Part shown: positions 26,398 to 35,542 of the stretch, in pieces | Numbering within the stretch: the stretch's first letter is position 1 | Layout: each line of letters starts with the position of its first letter | Source of the DNA: a virus | DNA length: 64,000 bases | Strand: one strand, 5' to 3' | IMG/VR virus record: IMGVR_UViG_3300031417_000380 | Notes under the pieces: model-generated | Told to the model about the DNA's origin: nothing | The model's input: the letters and a program-made list of their open reading frames with translations, nothing else | Databases searched by the model: none | Program-made: the position numbers and the translations under genes

Positions 26398-27051
26398 GTG
26401 ACTAACGTACTCAACAAGAACCTCTTTGAGGATCCAAAGCATCGCCGCCCGACGCTCCGGACAGAACTGACGAGAATATTCTGGGAGATCAATCGAGAGC
26501 TCGGACCGATCATGCTCCTCATTCTCGGCTTCTGTGCTATGGGTCTCGGGGCTATTAACTGGGGCACCGGCTCGAGTAATCTCACCTACGACAATCATCT
26601 TCGTACTGTCGGTGTAACCGTTACTAGTCAGATTGTCGAGGTGGAAAAGATCGGCGGCGGTCGTAGCGGCCCTCGTTATATTCCTGTGACTGTTCAGCGA
26701 GTAGACGGGGTCGATCACCGCACTTCAATGGACCACTACAAGGTCGGCGACCGCGATTACTACAAGGTCGGCGAGAACATCTCAGTAATGTACGACCCAG
26801 CCGATCCGGACGAAGCGGGCGTCAAGAGAGATGCACTTCACGAGCGTTTCGCTAGTAATCTTCGAACCGGCGCTATCTGGTTCTGGGTTGGCGCTGCGAT
26901 GTTCGGCGTTGGTATCCCCTTCGGGCTCATTCAGTTCCTGAAATACCGATGCAAGCAGAAGGCTACGAAGATCGCACGGCGCTGGGGAAAGCTTCGCCGT
27001 AAGGTAAAGACCCGCCGTCGAGAAGCACGCCGTGCAGCCGCGCGCCGCTGA
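26398..27051 (+). CDS. DUF3592-like membrane protein copy 1
   Basis: TM, GVTVTSQIVEV..YKVGENISVMYDPADP, TM. Confidence 0.65.
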   Translation: MTNVLNKNLFEDPKHRRPTLRTELTRIFWEINRELGPIMLLILGFCAMGLGAINWGTGSSNLTYDNHLRTVGVTVTSQIVEVEKIGGGRSGPRYIPVTVQRVDGVDHRTSMDHYKVGDRDYYKVGENISVMYDPADPDEAGVKRDALHERFASNLRTGAIWFWVGAAMFGVGIPFGLIQFLKYRCKQKATKIARRWGKLRRKVKTRRREARRAAARR

Positions 27052-27081
27052 ACAGCGAGCTATTGAGGATAGACAGACAAA

Positions 27082-27663
27082 GTGACCAGGCGCAAGAGTA
27101 CCGGTCCCAAGCCTAAGAAGCCTGCTGGTGAGCGTTTCTACTTCTTCAAGCACACGCTTCCGTACCTGGCTTTCATCTTCGGGCTTATGGCCGCTTTAGG
27201 CGCTGCTCTCATTCTCCCTTCGGCAGTTCAAGAAGTTAAGCATGATGAGTTACTCCGCGCAAACGGTGTCACGACTTCAGGGCAGATCGACTACGTTAAG
27301 AAAGAGCATCATACGGGCCGACGCTCATCATGGGATGAGTACACTCCGATCGTGAGCTATCAGGCCGACGAGCGCAAGCGCGTTAAGACGTTTGATGTCT
27401 ACTCCTCGAAGTCTCCGCTGACTTACCAGGTTGATCAGAAAGTCAAGGTAGCTTATCTCTTGACGCAGCCGTACGACTCAATCCTACAGACATCCTCAGC
27501 ACGTAAAGAGATCGACAGAAATCTACGTCAAGCAGTCGGCTTTGCTATCGCCGGTGAAGTTCTACTTCTTTACGGCGCACCGATTCAAACCGTAAAGATC
27601 GTCGCTTGGGCGAAGCGGCGTAAAGATAGCAGGAAGAGCAGCGCGTTAGGCAAGCGCCGATAA
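27082..27663 (+). CDS. DUF3592-like membrane protein copy 2
   Basis: TM, GVTTSGQIDYV..YQVDQKVKVAY, TM. Confidence 0.65.
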   Translation: MTRRKSTGPKPKKPAGERFYFFKHTLPYLAFIFGLMAALGAALILPSAVQEVKHDELLRANGVTTSGQIDYVKKEHHTGRRSSWDEYTPIVSYQADERKRVKTFDVYSSKSPLTYQVDQKVKVAYLLTQPYDSILQTSSARKEIDRNLRQAVGFAIAGEVLLLYGAPIQTVKIVAWAKRRKDSRKSSALGKRR

Positions 27664-27696
27664 CGTGGATTCTGTTTTGTGTGTTACAGTTAAGCC

Positions 27697-27882
27697 ATGA
27701 CTGTTATCGAAGCGCTTCAGTTCGCGCTCCAGGCTTTCTACATCGTCGCTGGAGTGGTGCTCCTGGCGCTCTGGCTCAAGATTCTTCAATTGAAGCTGGT
27801 GAGCCGGCGTCTGGACCGCGAGCTCGAGTCGCTCGCACGGAAGAAGAAGTTCGCTATCACTAACAACGGAAAGTTGCGCTGA
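27697..27882 (+). CDS. single-TM small protein
   Basis: ATG 6 nt after TACAGT. Confidence 0.6.
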   Translation: MTVIEALQFALQAFYIVAGVVLLALWLKILQLKLVSRRLDRELESLARKKKFAITNNGKLR

Positions 27883-28061
27883 TGTTCGTTGCTGCTGTAG
27901 GTCTTGCTCTTCTAGCTAGCATCGTCTTCGCGATGATCTTCCTATTGGTACGTCGTCGTGAGCTTAAGCTGCGTGGAGTTGCTCTCTTTTTGACCGAGCT
28001 AGCTCTCTTCTTCGCTTTCTTTCTGGTGGTTTCCGCCATCGGAACTCTCGGATGGAGCTAG
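27882..28061 (+). CDS. 59-aa 2-TM protein (not in ORF track)
   Basis: TGATG coupling; hydrophobic. Confidence 0.6.
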   Translation: MFVAAVGLALLASIVFAMIFLLVRRRELKLRGVALFLTELALFFAFFLVVSAIGTLGWS

Positions 28062-28197
28062 CGCTACTCTTCCCCTGACCTTGACCGGTTGGGGGAGAAG
28101 TGTGAGCACTGTAGCTTCGCAGCTAACAGCTTAAGTCTAGAGCCCGTGTCGTTGCTTCAGACGAATGTCATAAGCTGTCTACGGCTGCGAGAGACTG

Positions 28198-28485
28198 TTA
28201 GCGTGGCGACTCTTTGAGAATTAGTCGTGCGGCTTCAGATTCACCACGAGCATCCGGAATAGCCCAACGTTCGAGTACTAATCTGTCAACGATGTAGGCG
28301 CCGAGCGCTAGCGCGATGAGCCCGACTAGAACTTGCCACCCTTGGCCTTCAGAGGATATAACGATTACCAGGAAGTACGCAGCGAGCGTCTGTGCACCGA
28401 ACAGCACGATGTGAAGCACTACCTGGAAAGCTCGGAGGCCTTGAGCTAGCTTCCGGTTGTTATAGAACGAGTCAGCCGAGAACAT
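28198..28485 (-). CDS. 2-TM membrane protein
   Basis: Hydrophobic pattern; overlaps upstream stop. Confidence 0.65.
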   Translation of the reverse strand: MFSADSFYNNRKLAQGLRAFQVVLHIVLFGAQTLAAYFLVIVISSEGQGWQVLVGLIALALGAYIVDRLVLERWAIPDARGESEAARLILKESPR

Positions 28486-28726
28486 CGTAAGGTACTGATC
28501 CTGTATGCCAGTTTTTCGTTGACTCTGTCATCGCTGCGAAGGCTTCGGGCCAAATCAGCATGCTGAGCGGGATCATGCTAAAGCCTAGCATGATGAGACT
28601 GCTCATGATTCGATACGGCCAAGAGGCGCTCTTGTTAAGTAACAAGAACAGCCCGCTGAAAGTGGTGAATCCCAAGAATCCGAGCTCGACCAGCACTAAA
28701 ATACTGCTGATTATGTCGTGGACCAT
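28472..28726 (-). CDS. 2-TM membrane protein
   Basis: SD AGGAG. Confidence 0.7.
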   Translation of the reverse strand: MVHDIISSILVLVELGFLGFTTFSGLFLLLNKSASWPYRIMSSLIMLGFSMIPLSMLIWPEAFAAMTESTKNWHTGSVPYDVLG

Positions 28727-28967
28727 GTAATGCTCCTAGCTAGTTTTGACAGTAGGCCATATCGATGTAACTGTGGATAGCTGCTGTCTAGGCAGCTTAG
28801 AGTTTAAAGCCGTACGACTCGACGTAACTAGGGTTACCGCTGAAAGAACCCGAATAGAAGCTTCTAGAAACCTTCTACTCCCCCAGACTAGTGCGGGAGC
28901 TAAGACTGTTGAGCATAGCGCTGTTATGAGCCTTAGCAGAAGTTACGAGAAAACCTGACTAGACGCT

Positions 28968-29423
28968 CTACTCGATACGTTCACGACTGTCCGGGATCAT
29001 CGGAGCGTTAGCGAGATTGAGTCGAACGAGAGCCCGTGGATAGGCAGCCATGAGCCGTTCGTGAAGCTGTGGTGTCCCTGCCCAGGCCCAGACACGAAAG
29101 CCGCGCCAGCACCAAACGAGTGTAGCCAGAACGAGCAGCGGGCCGAGCACACCGTAGCCGACGAATCCGCTGAAAAAGAAACGAGCGAAGAGGAATGTAA
29201 AGCCGATACCGATGAGACTCATGGCCACGGTGTAGCTCAAGTCTCGAACCATGCGACCGAAAGCACTTCTGTAAGACCCGATGAGCGTTTGAGCTTGCTC
29301 CTCGTTAAGAGTCCCGTTCTCAGCTGCGATGATTGCGCGGAGTACGTGGATCGAGAACTCCCCTTCGTGAGGGAAGTACTTAGCTAAACGGTGTTGCTCC
29401 CTCGCTGTAGTCTCATCCATCAT
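28968..29423 (-). CDS. 2-TM membrane protein
   Basis: ATGA overlap. Confidence 0.7.
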   Translation of the reverse strand: MMDETTAREQHRLAKYFPHEGEFSIHVLRAIIAAENGTLNEEQAQTLIGSYRSAFGRMVRDLSYTVAMSLIGIGFTFLFARFFFSGFVGYGVLGPLLVLATLVWCWRGFRVWAWAGTPQLHERLMAAYPRALVRLNLANAPMIPDSRERIE

Positions 29424-29668
29424 TCACCGTGTTGAATACTCTGCTCGCTGTGCTGTCTATCCTGGAGCTTCTCGTGAATCTGTGCGCCCTTGTTCACAAG
29501 ACCAGAGGCAAGAAGTAGGACGATAGCGAGCATCGGGAGAAAGAGAGCTCCTAGATAGAACCCGCCCTGTACTTTCTTGTTCTTGAGTCTCCCAGCGACC
29601 ATATAGCCAATAAAGGAAATGAGTGTCGCGCCGAGAGTGTAGAGAGCGATTGTGTTTAGGATCACCAC
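29420..29668 (-). CDS. 2-TM membrane protein
   Basis: AGGA SD, GTG start. Confidence 0.65.
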   Translation of the reverse strand: MVILNTIALYTLGATLISFIGYMVAGRLKNKKVQGGFYLGALFLPMLAIVLLLASGLVNKGAQIHEKLQDRQHSEQSIQHGE

Positions 29669-29698
29669 TGTCTTTTCCTGTCTGATTGAGAGTCTAGG

Positions 29699-29773
29699 TC
29701 AGCGGTGCTTCTTACCGCGTGAACGGCGCACGAGAATAATGACTACAACTGCTACGATGATGAGAGTGAACAT
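29699..29773 (-). CDS. 24-aa single-TM peptide (not in ORF track)
   Basis: MFTLIIVAVVVIILVRRSRGKKHR; AGGA SD. Confidence 0.45.
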   Translation of the reverse strand: MFTLIIVAVVVIILVRRSRGKKHR

Positions 29774-29776
29774 GGT

Positions 29777-30013
29777 TTAGTCCTGTCGAAAGTTTGCAGG
29801 ATCGTGGCGAACGAGACCGTGGTTTGTCTCAGGCTTCTCGTGCGCAGCATCGCTGGAAGCGATGTTGCCGATCATGCCCACCGCGAACAGCACGATGCCG
29901 GCGTAGAAGAACACTCGCTTTACCTTCTTGGAACGTGCGTTCACGACGCGACCGACAAACATGAGAACGAGGCTGACGATCACTACTACGAGAAAGATCA
30001 TCTGCGCGGTCAC
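29777..30013 (-). CDS. 2-TM membrane protein
   Basis: GGAGG SD, GTGA overlap. Confidence 0.7.
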   Translation of the reverse strand: MTAQMIFLVVVIVSLVLMFVGRVVNARSKKVKRVFFYAGIVLFAVGMIGNIASSDAAHEKPETNHGLVRHDPANFRQD

Positions 30014-30162
30014 TCGGCCACCTCCGGCCGCTGAAGCAATGCTGGTGACTTCGCCGAGGCCACCTGTGCTCCAGGGCGGTGTGCTTCAGCCGCTGAAGCC
30101 GTAAGGAACGAGTAACGATCGAAAGCGTAGCCTTCGGCGTCCACAGGTGTGTACCAGATCAT
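30010..30162 (-). CDS. 50-aa hypothetical protein (not in ORF track)
   Basis: AAGGA SD; stop overlaps next GTG. Confidence 0.5.
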   Translation of the reverse strand: MIWYTPVDAEGYAFDRYSFLTASAAEAHRPGAQVASAKSPALLQRPEVAE

Positions 30163-30191
30163 GAGAGTCCTTGAGATAGTGTAAGAGTGAG

Positions 30192-30227
30192 AGTGTGGGC
30201 GACCACCCGAAAGCAGTCGCCCACACT
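30192..30227 (-). terminator. terminator with UUCG cap
   Basis: 12-bp arms; core shared with 12999-13024. Confidence 0.7.
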
Positions 30228-30233
30228 GAGAGA

Positions 30234-30602
30234 TCAGCGAGTAGAGACGGTGGCCTGCGACTCGAGGATCTGATCGACGGTGAGCTTGTCAGCGTCGGTG
30301 TGAGCAGCAAGCTCCTTCTTGAGACGAGCGATCTCGCGCTTGTTGCTGCGGGCGAGGGTGAGCAGCGAGCGAACACGACCACGCTGGTGCGCGGCGTCCT
30401 CCTTCGCCTTTGCCTCGAGCGCCTCAAGCTGCGTGCGAAGCTCAATCACCTCAGCGGTGCGGTCAACGACCACAGGTGCGACGACCTCAACCGGTGCAAC
30501 GACGGTGGTCGCCTCGGCCTTGGCTTCTGCACGACGGCTGACGGCACGGATCGATCCGTCGTCAACAGCCTTCACGGTACGGCGGTAGCCTCCAAGATAC
30601 AT
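30234..30602 (-). CDS. coiled-coil hypothetical protein
   Basis: SD AAAGGAAGG; high GC3; followed by terminator. Confidence 0.7.
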   Translation of the reverse strand: MYLGGYRRTVKAVDDGSIRAVSRRAEAKAEATTVVAPVEVVAPVVVDRTAEVIELRTQLEALEAKAKEDAAHQRGRVRSLLTLARSNKREIARLKKELAAHTDADKLTVDQILESQATVSTR

Positions 30603-30682
30603 GGGAGCCCTTCCTTTCGTTTCGTTACATACTAACGAGAATCACCAGATGGTGACGTTGGTGAGTGATACGGGACACCGAA

Positions 30683-31414
30683 TCACTGAGTTTGCGCAAG
30701 CTCGCTCTTCGGAGAAAGCTTTGTGGGGATAAAGGCTTTCGGCCCAGCGTGAGGCGCTGAAATAACACCGGCGTGTGCAAGCCAGGGAAAATCGTTTGCG
30801 AGCTCCTCAATAGGCTCATCAAAGTCATCGTTGAGAAGCCGGTTAGTGAGCCTCTGGAAAGCCCGAATAGGCTTAACTCTATTCGGTAGCCTAGCGTGGT
30901 GTCTGCAGAGGAACACCGGAGCCGCCTCAGCTCCGTCTTCGGGATCAAACCAGTAGTTTGTTGCCGGCCGATTACAGTCTCTGCAATCTCCTGCGATAAC
31001 CTGAAGCACGCGCTGGTGAGAAGCGATGTAGCCAAGGTCATGCTCTCGAATGTCTCCACTTAGGAGAACCTCAAGGTAGACGTTACCGTCCTGCGGATGG
31101 TTGAAAGCATCGCTAAATGAGTAGTAAGCGTGGAATCCTCGGCCGTTTGTGCTCTCATCGACATTATACGGAATACCCAGCACTCCTCTGAATGAGTCAC
31201 TTTTAAGCCAAGCGCGCTTGTAACCGATCCGGGATTCAACCGTAGGCGGCCGCGGAGGGAAAACGTCTGCAAAAAAGCTCCTCAGTCCAAGACAGAGGAA
31301 GATAAGAAAACAGAGAACTGTTACGCAAAGCATGATAAAAATGAAGGGGCTTACGCTCCAGAACTCGGAGGCTATAGCGCCTACGGCTCTAAAGAAATCG
31401 GTAAAGATCCTCAT
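30683..31414 (-). CDS. GFHAY/Zn-finger family copy 1 (TM-anchored)
   Basis: GYKRAWL, GFHAY, LEVLLSG, QRVLQVI, CxxC..CxxH. Confidence 0.8.
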   Translation of the reverse strand: MRIFTDFFRAVGAIASEFWSVSPFIFIMLCVTVLCFLIFLCLGLRSFFADVFPPRPPTVESRIGYKRAWLKSDSFRGVLGIPYNVDESTNGRGFHAYYSFSDAFNHPQDGNVYLEVLLSGDIREHDLGYIASHQRVLQVIAGDCRDCNRPATNYWFDPEDGAEAAPVFLCRHHARLPNRVKPIRAFQRLTNRLLNDDFDEPIEELANDFPWLAHAGVISAPHAGPKAFIPTKLSPKSELAQTQ

Positions 31415-31415
31415 C

Positions 31416-31940
31416 TCACTCTCCGCTCATCGTGGGCTTGAAGTCAAGAAGACGGCCGAACTTGACACCGCGGAATGAGTCAAGATCATCCAGCTCAGCA
31501 ATCGGCTTTGAGACGCCGGTGTTCGGTATGTCGAAACGAGCGCAGGCAGCTGCCAGGCTGTCGTCTTGTTCAGCGTGAGTCGGGCACAGAAGCCAGATCA
31601 TGCGTTCACCGACAGTGAATCGTTCGGGGAGTTCTCCGCAGGCCCAGCACTTAGTCGGCATGACCTGAAGCACACGCTGATGCGAAGCGGTCACTCCAAG
31701 CTGATGGCACTTGATCGTTCCTGAGAGGAGCACCTCGAGAATAGCTGAGCCCTTCTGTTCATGCGCCCAGGCATCCTCGAAGCGGTAAAAGGCGTGAAAA
31801 CCGGGTCCTACGGCTTCAGCATCGACTGAGTATTTCTTACCCGTGATACCACCGAAGCCGTCTGGGCGTAGATAAGCCTGCTTATAGCCGATCACCGGTT
31901 CGCTATTACGAGTAAAGAGGGAGGTAAGTCGAGAGATCAC
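31416..31940 (-). CDS. GFHAY/Zn-finger family copy 2 (no TM)
   Basis: GYKQAYL, GFHAF, LEVLLSG, QRVLQV, CWAC..CPTH. Confidence 0.8.
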   Translation of the reverse strand: MISRLTSLFTRNSEPVIGYKQAYLRPDGFGGITGKKYSVDAEAVGPGFHAFYRFEDAWAHEQKGSAILEVLLSGTIKCHQLGVTASHQRVLQVMPTKCWACGELPERFTVGERMIWLLCPTHAEQDDSLAAACARFDIPNTGVSKPIAELDDLDSFRGVKFGRLLDFKPTMSGE

Positions 31941-32602
31941 GAGGCCTTCTCCGGAGCTGACGTTGGAGCGAAACCGTCGCGTCGGCTCTGCGATGTCACC
32001 ACGACATCGGCGTCCTTAAGCCAGCCGTATGAATCTGGGAACTCGCTAAGAGGCCTGATCCCTCTCTGCTTTGGCACCGTTGCGGGTTGACTGAGGCGAG
32101 TGACTATTCCGATGAAGCCAGGCGTCGCAGCAGCTGCGTGAAATCCGCAGAAGAAGGTCAATCCGCTACTGTTATTAGCGAAGTAAGTACCGCTGACGTG
32201 ACAGTAGACGCAGTGATCGGAAATCACCTGGAGCACTCGCTGGCGAGAAGCGATGTAACCCTTGTGGTGTTCACGAACGGTACCGCTTAAGAGAACTTCA
32301 AGAAATACATCACCCGGTTGATTGTGGCTCAAAGCATCGTCGAGCTCTTTGTAAGCATGAAAGCCGAGTCCATGGGCTCGAGATTTTACTCCGTAGCTTA
32401 CGTCAGCGCCGACCCCGGCGAACCCTAACTCTGTTACGCGAGCTCTCTTATAGGCCACTCGAGGCATCACCTCAGGGAGGAACGGTCGAGACAGCCAGGC
32501 GATAAATCTGATCAGATCCCCGTTGATGAAGCCGAGAAGCAGCGCAAAGAACAGCGTGACCCCACCGACGATGAAGAGCACAGGTACGGCAAAGTCGTTC
32601 AT
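31937..32602 (-). CDS. GFHAY/Zn-finger family copy 3 (TM-anchored)
   Basis: AYKRA, GFHAY, LEVLLSG, QRVLQVI, CVYC..CGFH. Confidence 0.8.
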   Translation of the reverse strand: MNDFAVPVLFIVGGVTLFFALLLGFINGDLIRFIAWLSRPFLPEVMPRVAYKRARVTELGFAGVGADVSYGVKSRAHGLGFHAYKELDDALSHNQPGDVFLEVLLSGTVREHHKGYIASRQRVLQVISDHCVYCHVSGTYFANNSSGLTFFCGFHAAAATPGFIGIVTRLSQPATVPKQRGIRPLSEFPDSYGWLKDADVVVTSQSRRDGFAPTSAPEKAS

Positions 32603-32619
32603 AAACACCTCCGCGAACG

Positions 32620-32648
32620 ATCCTACATCGTTCTACGGTGTTTCGCAA
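32620..32648 (-). promoter_or_regulatory. SigA-type promoter for the GFHAY triplet
   Basis: TTGCGA-17-TAGGAT. Confidence 0.7.
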
Positions 32649-33080
32649 CTACTTTGTAGGTGCTTCTTTCAGCTCGAGCTCGTTCACCGGCGTGGCGTCA
32701 AACGCGGCAAGCTTTGCTTTAGCTTCCTCGAGATCTGTGTTTGCGAGTGAGATACTGGCGGCACGAGTAAAGGTAAAGGCAAAAGTGCCTATGCCGGGAA
32801 GCAAGGGGACGAATGAGGCTATACTAAGCACTGCACTCCAGATGTGATGAGTCTCGGCGATTGCGGTCGATCCGGCGGTAAGACCGGCAAAAGCTCCTCC
32901 AAATACAAGCGTGCTGAGCCCGAAAAGAAGCGTATCGCTTTTCTTCAATGCCTTCCAGGATTTCGCGGTCTCTACAGCCTCAGAAAGCGAAACTCGCACA
33001 TCCTCGGCCTTACGCTGAGACTCAATCATCTCCAAGAGATTGGTAGCCTCTTTTTCCGGTGCTTTCTGAAACTCAATCAT
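32649..33080 (-). CDS. MIxFQxAP 2-TM coiled-coil protein copy 1
   Basis: Starts MIEFQKAP. Confidence 0.8.
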   Translation of the reverse strand: MIEFQKAPEKEATNLLEMIESQRKAEDVRVSLSEAVETAKSWKALKKSDTLLFGLSTLVFGGAFAGLTAGSTAIAETHHIWSAVLSIASFVPLLPGIGTFAFTFTRAASISLANTDLEEAKAKLAAFDATPVNELELKEAPTK

Positions 33081-33081
33081 C

Positions 33082-33492
33082 TCATGCTCTCTTTGCTTTA
33101 GCTATGGCCTTGAGGCGGCTTTCAGTCGCCTGCAGCTTCTTCTTTTCTTCGCTACGCTCAAGGTACTCTGTAAGCCCGCCGAGCCCTCCGATTGCGAACG
33201 AAAGAGCACCCACGCCGAGGAGTAAGAACGGATTAGCGTCTCCGTGGACTACGCTGATTGTCCCGACCGAGCTAAGAAGGATGCCGCCAAGTGAGAGATA
33301 AACACCGACGGCCCGACCTGCGCTAGCGGTAGCTTCACGATGCTTTTCGCGAAGCTTGAGAGCCTTTGCCTCTTCATCGGCTAGCATCTTCTGCCGGAGC
33401 TTCTCATTCTCTTCAGCTCGCATCTTAGAGATGAGTAAATGCTGTAGATCATGTGGGTCTTTAGCCTGCGGCGCCTGCTGGAACTGAATCAT
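33082..33492 (-). CDS. MIxFQxAP 2-TM coiled-coil protein copy 2
   Basis: Starts MIQFQQAP. Confidence 0.8.
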   Translation of the reverse strand: MIQFQQAPQAKDPHDLQHLLISKMRAEENEKLRQKMLADEEAKALKLREKHREATASAGRAVGVYLSLGGILLSSVGTISVVHGDANPFLLLGVGALSFAIGGLGGLTEYLERSEEKKKLQATESRLKAIAKAKRA

Positions 33493-33875
33493 CGGTCGCT
33501 TCCTTCGAGCTCGCTCTCAAGCTCCTTCACTTGCCTTCTATGCTTAGCGAGGTCAAACCAACATCGGGAGCTACCGATGCTGGTGAGGATAGTGAATCCC
33601 GCACCGAAGAACACGGCAAACGCATTAGCGTTCCTGCTGAGTTCTCGAAGAGCTTCTGTATCCCCGAAGGCTGTGCCATAGAAAGCGTTAAGAGCACCTA
33701 CAGTAACGAAGACACTTACGCCGGCCATGATCGTCAGGAAAATCCCGCTGGATAGATTACTACTAGCGCTCGCCAGCTCGTTAGCGAGCTCGTCCTGAAC
33801 CTTCTTACGGGACTCAAGTGCTTTAGTTAGGTCATTTTTCGGCGGGACGGCCGGGGCCTGCTGGAACTGAATCAT
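33489..33875 (-). CDS. MIxFQxAP 2-TM coiled-coil protein copy 3
   Basis: Starts MIQFQQAP. Confidence 0.8.
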   Translation of the reverse strand: MIQFQQAPAVPPKNDLTKALESRKKVQDELANELASASSNLSSGIFLTIMAGVSVFVTVGALNAFYGTAFGDTEALRELSRNANAFAVFFGAGFTILTSIGSSRCWFDLAKHRRQVKELESELEGSDR

Positions 33876-34246
33876 GCGCTGGTCTTTTCAGCTGTGATTG
33901 CGTAGTGCTCTACAGCTTCAAGCGCTTCAGCACGCCGCTTCTGGACCTTCCATACATCGACCCATCCGAGGAGTGAAACGCCGGTGGCTAACGCTCCAGC
34001 GATCATGGCGAGGTAACCGATGAAGCCGATGGTAGTGGCTGGAGTCATCATGAGCGTGAGAAACCCAAGCACCGCAACGCTGCCGCAGATGAGTGCTGGG
34101 ATCTTCACTCGACGCTTCTGGCCGGCGATCTCAGTATCTATCTTAGCGAGATTCTTCTCCGCCTCGCTCTTGTCGTACTCCCACTGGAGTCGATCTCTAC
34201 GCTCCTGCTCTTCACGAGCTGCTGGATCCTGCTGAAAGCCGATCAT
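33872..34246 (-). CDS. MIxFQxAP 2-TM coiled-coil protein copy 4
   Basis: Starts MIGFQQDP. Confidence 0.8.
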   Translation of the reverse strand: MIGFQQDPAAREEQERRDRLQWEYDKSEAEKNLAKIDTEIAGQKRRVKIPALICGSVAVLGFLTLMMTPATTIGFIGYLAMIAGALATGVSLLGWVDVWKVQKRRAEALEAVEHYAITAEKTSA

Positions 34247-34674
34247 TCGGTAACCTCTTTCTGAGCTGTATCAAAATCCTCGAGCCGTTGACGCGCGGCG
34301 ATAGCAAGCTTCTTACGCTTGCGTGTCTCATCTATCTTCCAAAGCACCAGAAGTCCGATCCCCGCCGGAATGCTCAAAAGCCCAAAGACTCCGGAAGCCA
34401 GCTGAATGAGAGGATCGTCTACAAGGAAGTGGACCGGTATTCCAACGGCAGTGAGTCCCCAAAGGACGTGTGCAGCAATCTTATCAGCTCGATCCAGCTT
34501 ACGCTGCTCCTCGAAGCCCTGTTCAGCATGCTTCGCCTCTTGCTCCAGGCTACGACGCTTGTCCTCAATCGCTCTCAGCCGCATAAGCTCAACCTCGTGA
34601 GTTTTACGCTCCTCTTCGAGCATCACTCTAAGGTCTGTAGCATCCGGTTTAGGTGCCGTCTGGAACTCAATCAT
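34243..34674 (-). CDS. MIxFQxAP 2-TM coiled-coil protein copy 5
   Basis: Starts MIEFQTAP. Confidence 0.8.
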   Translation of the reverse strand: MIEFQTAPKPDATDLRVMLEEERKTHEVELMRLRAIEDKRRSLEQEAKHAEQGFEEQRKLDRADKIAAHVLWGLTAVGIPVHFLVDDPLIQLASGVFGLLSIPAGIGLLVLWKIDETRKRKKLAIAARQRLEDFDTAQKEVTE

Positions 34675-34704
34675 CGGTTTGCTTTCTGTGTACGGTTATT
34701 CAGT

Positions 34705-34752
34705 CTAGCTGCGGTGCTTACGGTATCTTGTACCGAGATTGAGTGGTTGTTC
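34705..34752 (-). repeat. 48-bp duplicated upstream element, copy 1
   Basis: GAACAACCACTC-N12-AGATACCGTAAG..CGCAGCTAG; 37/48 identical to 35543-35590. Confidence 0.75.
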
Positions 34753-34797
34753 GCGTAGCCTGATCAAACCGCGAGACTGCCAGCTAGTCTGTTAAGG

Positions 34798-35496
34798 TCA
34801 TCTCAAGGCTTCGAGCACACCGGCCCAGACAGCGTCCGCTCCGGACGAGCGGATCTTGCTCGTGGTGGCGTCAGCGTCGTAGCTCCAGATGTTCACAGTC
34901 CGACCAAGGCTTCGCCACATCGAAATCATCTCACCCGGTACAGACTCCAGACCATCCGGCACCAACCACGTTTGAACCCAGACTTCGACCTCCGGCGCAA
35001 GCATACGATCCCACTCGAGCAAACGTTCTTCCCATCGACCCCAATCGTTCGGCCCGAAGTTGTAGGTGCTCACCGAGAGACGCTGATGGAGTGGAAGTAC
35101 CGTGCCGTCTGATAGATGCTCCGGCTGAACAGCGAGCTTGAGCTCTCCTGTAAGCTTCGGTAGGTAGGCGTCGATGAGACCTATCTCTTTCGGCTCATCA
35201 ACGAGTACGCCGGCGTCGGTGGTGTTAGCGAACGCGATCCAATCGCGAAGAGCCGGCACTGAGTCTGCTCGGCCGTAGGTCTCTCCAGCGAACAGCCCGC
35301 CGACTCCCCAAGGGTCGAGATAGACACGCTTGCCAGCGTTCTTTAAGGCTGCTAACGCTTCGTGAACGTTATCCTGTCGCCAGGTGACGTGGCGATCCTC
35401 GACCGTGAGATAGACAGTGTCGAAAGCGTCAAGATCGGCTGAACCGACGATACTCTCAATTCGGCCATCCCAGTCATGTAAGGCTACGCCGGTCAT
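34798..35496 (-). CDS. putative TIM-barrel, glycoside-hydrolase-like protein
   Basis: FDTVYLT..GKRVYLDPWGVGGLFAGE pattern; SD GAGGAG. Confidence 0.45.
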   Translation of the reverse strand: MTGVALHDWDGRIESIVGSADLDAFDTVYLTVEDRHVTWRQDNVHEALAALKNAGKRVYLDPWGVGGLFAGETYGRADSVPALRDWIAFANTTDAGVLVDEPKEIGLIDAYLPKLTGELKLAVQPEHLSDGTVLPLHQRLSVSTYNFGPNDWGRWEERLLEWDRMLAPEVEVWVQTWLVPDGLESVPGEMISMWRSLGRTVNIWSYDADATTSKIRSSGADAVWAGVLEALR

Positions 35497-35542
35497 CGGT
35501 TACTCCTCTATTGAGAACGATCTAGCTTTGACGCTACTCGTC

